Assembly: GCA_964016885.1 (NCBI GenBank)
Contig: OZ024741.1
Location: forward strand, 155,930,001-155,994,000
DNA from: Eledone cirrhosa
Taxonomy: Eukaryota
Reading direction: 5' to 3'
DNA length: 64,000 nucleotides
Position 1 is the first letter of the stretch, and the number at the start of each line of letters is the position of its first letter. The translations under genes were made by a program, and so were the position numbers. The notes beneath the pieces were generated by a model. It was given only the letters and a program-made list of their open reading frames with translations, searched no databases and was not told the origin of the DNA. This document shows positions 54,578 to 64,000 of this stretch, one piece after another.

Positions 54578-55130
54578 CGGGATAACAGGTTATCGTTATA
54601 GGCAGTCCACTTAGATGTAGTCCAGATGGAGTAGTTCGTGTAGTGGATAGTATTAACATGTGGCTTAGTTTGATTCAACAAGACGTTTCCATAGTGATGC
54701 TGCGAGTTCGCGGTGATTTCTATGTAGTTTATACTTGGAGTAATAATAATTCAAGAAAGAAGAGTGACATGGTTCGCTATACAATAAGGGCTTTATTCAC
54801 ATTGCTGACAATTGTTTCTTTGATCTGGCAGGTCTAGAGTTCGCTATACGCCTGATTATGCGCCAATCGATCTCCAATACCTTGTCATACCAGTCCTTTT
54901 CATCAGAGCAGGTGAAATGAAGAAAATACATAAGGCAAGGTTTTTATATAAGTGTGGTATTAAACCAGAACAATAATATCAATAATAAAATAAAATAACT
55001 AAATAGCAAATAGTTAAAATAATAACATCAATATAAGTAAGAGATAGAGTATAATGGAGAATCTAGCATGTTAAACAGACTGATATGATACAGAGGTATG
55101 GAATTGACATGTGAAAACTGCTATAGGGTA
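54578..55130 (-). repeat. Dispersed repeat homologous to about 10338-10910 (probable Penelope pLTR family)
   Basis: Shared gcagtccacttag.tgtagtccag, caacaag.cgtttccata.tgatgctgcgagt, cattgctgacaattgtttct, attgacatgt. Confidence 0.8.
54803..54910 (-). ncRNA. Type I hammerhead with very long stem II
   Basis: Reverse complement: TGCT-CTGATGA-[about 80-nt hairpin]-GAAA-CAATTG-TC-AGCA. Confidence 0.7.
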
Positions 55131-55907
55131 CATTAGATGTAGTGATGGGGTGGCGACAAGATAACAGTAACCACTTAAATGTACTTGGAGACAGAATGTA
55201 TGAGGTATCTACTATGCTGTAGGTATTCTGGCAATAAACCGGGGATTTGCTTATTATTTGACAGATAAACATTTTCGTTTTATTAATTTATTTAGTGAGC
55301 ATGATAGTTTTTATGTGGTGTTAAATGGAGTTTTAGATTCGTTATTTAAGTGGCCTATACTAAAGGTAGGGATTGTTAGTTCGAATTGTGGGGGTTTAGT
55401 TTTCACAAATCGTATATAAATAAGACAGTAATAATAACAATAATAGAAACAATGAAGGTAATAAAATAGTGAAATGTGCATGGTAGGTATATAGAACATG
55501 ATGAATAATATTAGGGATACATTGAGATGTTCATAATAATAATAAGAATAATAAGAGGAAAGTAAGATTTCAAGGAGTGTAGGAGTAATAAGATAATGTA
55601 CTTAGATTTAGGTTCATCTGTTAGAGATCATGAGTGCTAATGAGAGATGTAATTGTTTGGTCCGACGGAGTGAATAACAGCAAAGATGGGATTGATTTAT
55701 GGGCTGATAAGATAGTTGTAGACATATTCCAGTGGAATAGAATTCGGAAGGCTATAAAACATTATAGTTCCGTATTGGGCTGTGTGAGAAGGCAGATTTC
55801 ATATGTTAAAAGCTAAGTGGTATTGGTTCGAATCACGGTGGTTTAAATCTCGCGAATAGGAAGGTCAATTTTCTGCAGACATAGGATTGCTGCAAAATTC
55901 GCGAAAT

Positions 55908-56858
55908 TTGCATTTTAGACTTAACTCCGTTTAATTAATTATTTGTCTAATTAATTTCTACGGGCTAAGAGGGAAGACTAGATAAATTTTTATCAGACTG
56001 TTCCTCACAGAGGATAGATAGTCTGTGACATTTATCTGTTATTTCTTCAAAGTTACATTTTAAACTTAGCTCCGTTTAAATGATTATTTATCTAGCGAAT
56101 TTCTACGGACTAACGAAAAGAAAAATTGAATATATTTTCTCTGACTGTTCTTCAAACTTATAATTTTCTATAGCTCTGATTAATAATTATTTGCTTAATC
56201 TTTTCATAGAGCCACACGGTGGAAGGTAGCCACACTCATATATGTATCTGTGACTATGTCTAAATATATACATATATATCCTTATGAATTTATTCTATAC
56301 TCGCTTTCGGTTGAGTAAAGCTTAGGCGGTAACTAACTGCTCCTTCTAGCAGTGAACCTACCTGCCATCCGGCCTACCCTTCACACCCTTCTACTTTGAC
56401 CGCTAGCCACGTGATGCTTCTCAACCATATTGAATTCATTTCTAGCGGCGATCACTGTAAACATGTTAGTCCTACTGAAGGGAGTCTCTTGAGAAGCTCG
56501 AAGCCTCATGGATAATACAAGGATTGGACATATCCATAAAGTACGAGAGATACTATCGATAGTCGGGACTAGAAGAACTTTGGTTTATATACATATTTTC
56601 TTCAAACTTGCATTTTAGACTTAGCCCCGTTTAATTGATTATTTGTCTAGTTAATCTCTACGGGCTAGGAGGAAAGACTAGGTAAATTTTATCTGACTGT
56701 TCCTCACAGAGGATAGTATGTGACATTTATCTGTTATTTCTTCAAAGTTACATTTTAAACTTAGCTCCGTTTAAATGACTATTTATCTAGTTAATTTCTA
56801 CGGACTAAGGAGAAAAATTGGATATATTTTGTCTGACTATTCTTCAAACTTATAATTT

Positions 56859-56859
<1 letters not shown>
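55908..56859. repeat. About 255-bp direct repeats (55908-56167, 56608-56859; offset 700 bp), each internally dimeric
   Basis: ttgcattttagactta..ccgtttaatt..tctacggg..ctgttcctcacagaggatag..ttcttcaaacttataatttt occurs twice. Confidence 0.9.
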
Positions 56860-56943
<84 letters not shown>

Positions 56944-56946
<3 letters not shown>

Positions 56947-57415
56947 CAAGAGGTGTGTCGGAAAAGTAACAGGATTTAGTGTTCTGTGTGAACTATGAGA
57001 GTGTTAATGTTTAGTGGGTTATGTCACCATGTGACATACTATCTGAGGAGTATGTAACTGCAATCTCAAATTACTGCAGCCATTGTATATTTTTTTCCAC
57101 ATGCTTTTGTTAAAAGATCCTCAATTTTAAGCGAGGATGTATAAAACGATCCCAGGAGTGGAAGGCCTTTAACATGCAAGACTGGGGATAACGTTTAGAG
57201 TTGTGGCAGCTGGTGCGTGGTGATTGTCGGCTGAGTGTTCGATGGATCGCAAGTGAACTTGGAATGAACCGCGACTGTCTTTGGAAAATGTTTAACGAAG
57301 ATATAGGGATGTAGAAAATGGTGCCGACGCTGCTAAACAATGACCAGAAGGAGCGGTGTATGACAGTGTGTCAGGACATCCTCGAGCATCATGAAGCCGA
57401 AGCAGGCTTTCTTTT
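56944..57415 (+). mobile_element. Mariner transposon 5' fragment
   Basis: TA-caagaggtgtgtcggaaaagt TIR-like start; LVRGDCRLSVRWIASELGM..LWKM..EDIGM*K MVPTLLNNDQKERCMTVCQDILE (HTH and WVPxxL linker). Confidence 0.8.
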
Positions 57416-57544
57416 TTCCCCAAGCTCAAGTGGGTCATCAAGCAGACAGGCTTTTCCGGGAGTGAAAGCCATCAACCTGACAGCGGACTCCATACTCACA
57501 CATACACACACACTCACACACACAGAGACACACAGAGACACACA

Positions 57545-57600
<56 letters not shown>

Positions 57601-57644
57601 TATATATATAGTAATAATAATAAATTTGAAGACTAAAATCCAAA

Positions 57645-57728
57645 GATTGACTTTGTTAGTTTCAGAAGATCCCGTTAAGGGTGAAAGCAGCGATTCATTG
57701 CTTAAACTTTAATCTGTTATTTTAATAA

Positions 57729-57730
<2 letters not shown>
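57645..57730 (+). repeat. Short dispersed repeat (also at 50467-50552 on +, 23606-23680 on -)
   Basis: ttagtttcagaagatcccgttaagggtgaaagca.cgattc.ttgcttaaa in three places. Confidence 0.85.
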
Positions 57731-57777
<47 letters not shown>

Positions 57778-57890
57778 GAGGTTTTTTTTACAAAATGAAA
57801 AATAACCGAGGTGTCCTACACGAGTGAAATTATAAGGAAAAAAAGATGAAATCGAAAATGTTTTTTTAAATATATATATTTATTTGGTTC

Positions 57891-57926
57891 CTTTACCGGT
57901 TTCGCAGTTCTTCTGCTTTTCAAAAG
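57891..57926 (-). ncRNA. Minimal type I hammerhead, U3-A8 core variant (second family)
   Basis: Reverse complement: CTT-TTGAAAA-GCAG aagaa CTGC-GAAA-CCGG-TA-AAG. Confidence 0.75.
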
Positions 57927-57967
57927 TAGAATTGAGATGGAGGATCTGTGGTTTTTCTCACATCTGA

Positions 57968-58320
<353 letters not shown>

Positions 58321-60053
58321 GACAAGTGCAGAGAAATCTCCATATATATATATATACATACACACATTTATGGATAATTATTTTGACGGAAAACATTACA
58401 AACAAAAAATTGAAACGAAAAACCAACAGACTGAATTTTTGAAAACAAAAATCATACTTCGAAAACAAATTAGATGCACTCTGATAATGTTTTACATAAA
58501 AACTTGGAGCGGAAACAGTACTCTTTCGCTAGACTTGTCAGCCATTTTAAGTAAATTACAGTGATTTACGTCTCTCCATTACTTGCTATCCACAGTTTAT
58601 TATTTGTTATGAGAATTTTCCGGAAATAAGTGATATGTTATGATATATTTTAGTACAATGTTGTATTTAATCATATACTTTATTAGTTGTTATATCTTTC
58701 TCTCTTTGAAAATAGATTATATATGTTTTGCTGTTAACACTATGGCATTCGTACATTTTCATTAATTTTATTTTCATGAGCCTGAAGATAAGTATCAGCG
58801 CTATACCAGATTAAATCGAATCGATGAAATAACTTCTCTCCTTTCGTGGCCTCATAAACATTGGTATCATGCACTGATATAAATTACACCAGATATGCAT
58901 TGCCTCGACCGTCCTACTACAAATAGTAGCCAAATCACCCAAATAACGATATAAATATAACATAAATATATTGTCTGTTTGCTTGGTGACTTTTCATTTA
59001 CAAATAAACCTATTAACACAGAACCCTTTACATATTATAGTGTACAATATAGTTGGGTATATTGGCATTTCGTTTGATATATTCACCTCATACTATATTC
59101 TTTCCAAGTTTAGACTCAGCCCAAATATACTGTATATTGTGTATATATATCAAACGAAATACTCAATACACCCAACTACATGGGTGATAAAGAAATAAAA
59201 ATTTCACAAAAAGCTCCTGTTCCTGATTTAATCCCATTAATCCCGCAATTATTGAGGTTTTAAAAGATGCTAATGTTTTTATGGGGCTCGGTGAAAAATT
59301 CAAACTTAATAATTCAAAATTGGTATAAAATGAAGAAACCTGAAATTAAAAGGGGTCAAATATGGCTTGGATCTCTGAGGACCGCTGATTTAGTGCCAAT
59401 TAATTCGAATATAAAGACGTTCCTTCCAATGTTTGAAGTCAAGGATTATAAGTCAGTTATTTTGAGGAATGGAGACTACATTTTGTACTCCCCCCCCCCC
59501 CCCCCGCTTTCTTTAACGGGGACGGAGATTCGAGAAAAGATAAAATAAGATTTCACCTAGGATACTTTTTATCATATCGATCTTTCTCTTGTCAATATTT
59601 ATGTGGTGTTGTGTAGAAATGTTAAAAATCGATTATCACAAGGATCATTCGTATCAGCACGTCTTTGATTAAATCGTCATTGTGTGTGTGTGTGTGGGGG
59701 GGGGGGGGGGGTGTGTTTAAAGAAAAGAGAAAACAAACTATGGACCACCCCATTGCTGTTAGGTATTAAACATATTTTAGATTAAACTCTAAAGGGGCTG
59801 CTGAACGATAAGGTGAGATACGATACTAAATCTAGCAACCACCACATTGTTCTTAGGAATTGAACATATATTTTAGATTATAATCTCTTGAGGGCAGCTA
59901 GATGATGGGGTGAGATAGAATTCTAATCATATTCGATGGCGGGAAAGAGAAGTTGCAATGATTAATCATGAATAAAAACACAAGAACATCATCATCAACA
60001 ACAACAACAACAACAACAAAAACAACAACAACAACAACAACATCAACAACAGC

Positions 60054-60093
<40 letters not shown>

Positions 60094-60094
<1 letters not shown>

Positions 60095-63000
60095 TTTCTT
60101 TATTAACCACAAGGGTTTACATAAAGTAGACATTAAGGACAGTGCAGGACAATGCAGGACGGTACAAATGGGCATTTCTGCGTGTAAAAAAACAAAAACA
60201 GAGGATGTAACAAAAATAACAATGAAAATAACAATGAAAAATTCCCCAATAGGGGGGAGACTTCGGAGGGACATTTGTGGAGAAAGCCCAGTAAAAAGCC
60301 ACAATGACCCTGACCACCAAGGCAAGTGCCCTCTCCCAGTTTTCCACCTTTAGTTTACAGATATATACTCAGAGTCGGCCCATTCACTCGGGCCATTCTT
60401 GCTTCTCTCACCCATCTTTCAACAAAATGCTGGGAAGAGAGCACTTCCTTCTCTACTCTGATTTTCCTTTTCAAATGAAATTTGAAAAAGTCAATCAGAG
60501 CATCACCGAAGAGGTAAGTGCTCGTCTTCAGCCCTTTCAAACGTGTCCACCATACTATCTCTTTCGCCATGGCCACCAGACAGATAAAAACTGCCTGCCC
60601 TTCCCGGCTAAAGGAGGAGGGCGGGGCAATCCTCACGATAGACTCAGATGATAGCTGGATCCGTCCTAAACGCGACAGCAGGTGTTCGACATAAACCCAC
60701 AAGTCAGCAATTTTCGGACACTGGACGAGTGCGTGCAGGACGGTTTCGTCGCCCTGCGCGCATCTCGGACATGCCCGGCTGACGGCACCTCCATGCCTGT
60801 AGAGTTTATCCCGAACTGGCAAGGCTCCTCGGTAGCACTGCCAGGCCAGAGATTTCTGGAAGTTGTCCATAGGCCCTGGCCCGAAAGTTCTTCCGAAGAG
60901 ATTGGCTAGTTGATTTTCGTCGACGCCTAGAGTTTCCCCAAGTACGTCGTCGCTCTTCCCCTCCACTAATCCTCTATAGAACGCCGAGGTGGAGTTTCCA
61001 CCGATCACATTGCCCGATTGGTCGAGGGCTGTGAGCGCCTGAAGACATTCCAGTCTCCAGGCGCTCCCTCTCGGTCTTCGCTTGACCCAGGACTGCAGCT
61101 CCGTCAAGGAAACGAGCTGGGGAAAAACGCGTCTAGCAAACGGCGACCACACCTGATCACCGTCGAGGAAGAGGTGGAGATGTCGTAGCCTGAGCGCGTG
61201 CCTGCGCATCATCAGCCACGGCATGCCCAGCCCTCCACGTAGCGGGTGTTGACAACAGATGGACCGCCTGACCATCGGAGCACGTCCCTTCCACAAAAAG
61301 CGAAAGAGCAAACGCTCCAGCGCAGTCAGGCGAGGCTTAGGACAAGGTACGACGGTTAGGCGGTAGCAGATGACAGACGCGATGTACGCGTTAGCCACCT
61401 CCGCTCGACCTTTCAGGGATAGCTTCCTCTCCGCCCATTTCTGGGTGAGAGAAGCCACCCTGCTCGTCACCTCGTCCCAGTTTTTGTCCGTCTGGAGGTC
61501 CGGACCGAACCAGACCCCTAGCAATTTAACCGGTCCGTCCGTCCAGCGCCCGACGACGCTGTTGGACGGCATGGACCTGCCTCTCCAGGTGCCGAGCTGC
61601 AGGCCCACTGACTTTTCCGGGTTGATCATTGCTCCTGTCACCGCTTCGTATTCTCTTAGTGTAGTGCCGATCGCCTCGATGTGTTTGGCGTTCGACACCA
61701 CTACGGTGACATCGTCCGCATATGCTGACACGGATCTTCCGCATCCTAGTTCGCGCGGGACCCCCCTCAACGTCTCCAGTTTGTGCAGTAATGGCTCGAG
61801 AGTCAATACGTACAAGAGGGACGAGAGGGGACATCCTTGGCGGACCGAGCGCATGATGTTGAACGGTTCCGACAGGTGACCGTTCACTCTCACCACAGAG
61901 CAGATGTCGCTGTGCATGGCAGCGATCCAGCCTCTGAAGACGGGCCCAAAGCCAGCCGCCCTCAGGACTGCCGCTAGGTAACGATGGTCGACCCTATCGA
62001 AAGCTTTCGACTGATCTAAATTGATCAAGGACCCACCCGTGCCAGGTTCCCTAGCTACCCTCTCTACGATGTATCGCATGAGGTGGAGGTTGTCGTGGAT
62101 GGATCTGTCGGGAATGGCGCATGTCTGCGCCTCTCCCACCAGACCACCAACGACAAGCGCCAACCTCTTTGCTAGCACCTTGGCCAAAATCTTAAACTCT
62201 GTGTTTAGCAGAGTTATGGGCCGGAAATTTTCTATGTTATCCCCCTTGTTCGGATCCTTTCTCAGCAGTGCCACCGCTCCTCGGCTCACAGAACTGGGAA
62301 TTCTCCCGTTCTGTTGCCAGTTGCAGTAGACGTCCGCCAAGAGGCCTCCGAACAAGTCTGGCATCTGTACGTAAAGTTCATAGGGCAGACCATCCAAACC
62401 AGGCGATTTACCCCTTGTGCAGCCAGTCATTGCCTCCCGTACTTCAGCGGCTGTTATCGGCTTTTCGCAACACTTCGCCTCAGTGGCCGAGAGCCGCGGC
62501 AGTCCGTCGAGGTAGACACTAAAGTCCATCCCTCTACCCGGCCCCCCGCTGCCCCCGAACAGCTGAGCGAAGTGTCGCTGAAAAGCTTCACACATTTGCC
62601 CGGGATCGAGTAGCATGCGCCCGTCGTGGTCCACCAAAGACCGGATCGTGGCTTTGTTGCCACGACGCGCCTCCGCCACTCGGGCCCATTGAACGGCTTT
62701 CGTCCCCTCGTGTCTGAGAGCACGCACCCTAGCTCTGACAACGCAGCCTTCGTGCTTTGCATTGAAGAATTGGTCAAGGGCTAATTTCGCCGCAAGCACG
62801 TCGGTCGCAATGCCTTTGCTAAGCGCCTCGTCTAATTTTCTAACTAGTTCTCCCTCTGCTCTATTTTTCTCTATTGCTAAAGCCTTGCTAAACCTAATCG
62901 ATTCTATTCTAATCGCTCTTTTCAGAGCAAACCACCACTTGTTGTTGACGATGGCCCCCGTCAACGCCCGCTTAACTAGTTCGCTAATCCGGTCTCTGTA

Positions 63001-64000
63001 GGCCTTGCGCGCTGGTAAGGACGCGTTTAGCTTCCAGTAGCCGGGTCCTCGTCTATGAAGCCTATCTAAGTCAAGCACACAGATCACGAATTTGTGGTCC
63101 GTGTAGCTGACTATCTTGAATTGTGGACAGCCTATACTAGACCTATCTATTTCCCTACAAAATACTCTATCTAGATATGATCTGGATGACCCTATGCGGT
63201 TTGTCCAAGTCCACATTGGCACATTCGGGAAATCCAATCGGTACCTGTCAGACAGTTCAAAACGCCTGAGCAGGTTGGTGAGGCTCTTGCACCCTCCACC
63301 CCTATCCGCTAATCCCACACAGTCCCAGCGTGCATCTAAGATCCCGTTCCAGTCGCCCACTAACACTAAAGAGCGGGACGTTCCAAGAAAGGTCTCCAGA
63401 CGCCGGAAGAAATCAGACCGCCCTGCTCCTGTCGGGGCATAGACGGCCACTAGCCTGAAAGCTTGCCCGTCTCCGCTGGTCACGTCCAGCACCACCAGCT
63501 TACCCTCTGGGTCCAGGAAGATGGCCCGTATGGCGAGATCCAAACCTCTCCGAAAAAGCACAGCAACTCCTCCACCCGATCCAGGACGGCTGGGAGATGC
63601 GTACACATCGTAGCCGCCGAAGATCGGTGCGAAGGCCCGTGCTTCGGAGATTCTGGTCTCGCTGATGGCCACTACATCTATGTTTAGTGACCTGAGGTCG
63701 TTGAGCAGGTGACCCTGCTTCCATGACGACCCCAAGCCACGCGCATTTATGCTGCCTATTCTGAGTGAGGTCATGTTTAAAATAGAGTGGAAAAGATGGG
63801 AAAGACCACTTACCGTACTTTTGGTAGAGGAGGGATGGTTTTTACATCCCTTTTCACTTGATCGTCTGGTGAAGGGACCGTTGAATCGTCCCTTCGGCTG
63901 GTCGTCGGCTCTTCTAAGAGAATGTCTGAGTATACTCTTCGATTGATGGTTCCTCCTAGGTCCCTGAAATCACCAACTGCGTTGGGGAATTTCGTTTTAA
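60094..64000 (-). mobile_element. Tx1/L1-clade LINE with (ATT)n tail, 5' part runs off the window
   Basis: Intact ORF2; 3' end cccttgtggttaataaagaaatc(att)n abutting an (AAC)n(AAT)n tract. Confidence 0.95.
60355..63774 (-). CDS. Intact ORF2p: APE endonuclease, reverse transcriptase, C-terminal CCHC (1139 aa)
   Basis: INARG, ISET, GDWN, YLDR, YTDH, PGYWKLN, KSPGLDG, NFRPITLLN, LDQSKAFD, RQGCPLS, YADD, GGLG, CPRC-x8-H-x4-C; no stops. Confidence 0.96.
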   Translation of the reverse strand: MTSLRIGSINARGLGSSWKQGHLLNDLRSLNIDVVAISETRISEARAFAPIFGGYDVYASPSRPGSGGGVAVLFRRGLDLAIRAIFLDPEGKLVVLDVTSGDGQAFRLVAVYAPTGAGRSDFFRRLETFLGTSRSLVLVGDWNGILDARWDCVGLADRGGGCKSLTNLLRRFELSDRYRLDFPNVPMWTWTNRIGSSRSYLDRVFCREIDRSSIGCPQFKIVSYTDHKFVICVLDLDRLHRRGPGYWKLNASLPARKAYRDRISELVKRALTGAIVNNKWWFALKRAIRIESIRFSKALAIEKNRAEGELVRKLDEALSKGIATDVLAAKLALDQFFNAKHEGCVVRARVRALRHEGTKAVQWARVAEARRGNKATIRSLVDHDGRMLLDPGQMCEAFQRHFAQLFGGSGGPGRGMDFSVYLDGLPRLSATEAKCCEKPITAAEVREAMTGCTRGKSPGLDGLPYELYVQMPDLFGGLLADVYCNWQQNGRIPSSVSRGAVALLRKDPNKGDNIENFRPITLLNTEFKILAKVLAKRLALVVGGLVGEAQTCAIPDRSIHDNLHLMRYIVERVAREPGTGGSLINLDQSKAFDRVDHRYLAAVLRAAGFGPVFRGWIAAMHSDICSVVRVNGHLSEPFNIMRSVRQGCPLSSLLYVLTLEPLLHKLETLRGVPRELGCGRSVSAYADDVTVVVSNAKHIEAIGTTLREYEAVTGAMINPEKSVGLQLGTWRGRSMPSNSVVGRWTDGPVKLLGVWFGPDLQTDKNWDEVTSRVASLTQKWAERKLSLKGRAEVANAYIASVICYRLTVVPCPKPRLTALERLLFRFLWKGRAPMVRRSICCQHPLRGGLGMPWLMMRRHALRLRHLHLFLDGDQVWSPFARRVFPQLVSLTELQSWVKRRPRGSAWRLECLQALTALDQSGNVIGGNSTSAFYRGLVEGKSDDVLGETLGVDENQLANLFGRTFGPGPMDNFQKSLAWQCYRGALPVRDKLYRHGGAVSRACPRCAQGDETVLHALVQCPKIADLWVYVEHLLSRLGRIQLSSESIVRIAPPSSFSREGQAVFICLVAMAKEIVWWTRLKGLKTSTYLFGDALIDFFKFHLKRKIRVEKEVLSSQHFVERWVREARMARVNGPTLSIYL

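Overview
AT-rich, microsatellite-dense animal DNA with no recognisable host protein-coding gene. The SINE/LINE repertoire suggests an octopod cephalopod, which is an inference. Nearly all short ORFs are microsatellite or antisense artefacts. The window is a mosaic of mobile elements: two R4/Dong-like RLE LINE copies in (TAA)n; a full-length but disrupted Tx1/L1-clade LINE with a 20-bp TSD; a second Tx1-like LINE with an intact 1139-aa ORF2; several Penelope-like (RT/GIY-YIG) relics; RTE, Tc1/mariner and Helitron fragments; and many tRNA-derived SINEs. The most striking signal lies outside the ORF track. At least 15 type I hammerhead ribozyme (HHR) motifs from about 10 sequence families sit in short non-coding units between (TA)n tracts. 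Two unrelated families carry the compensatory U3-A8 core (UUGANAA) instead of C3-G8, and one of these forms a 593-bp-spaced direct repeat resembling a retrozyme. Also notable are a SINE 3' tail shared with the Tx1 LINEs and many long palindromes. All RNA folds were read by eye and are not computed.
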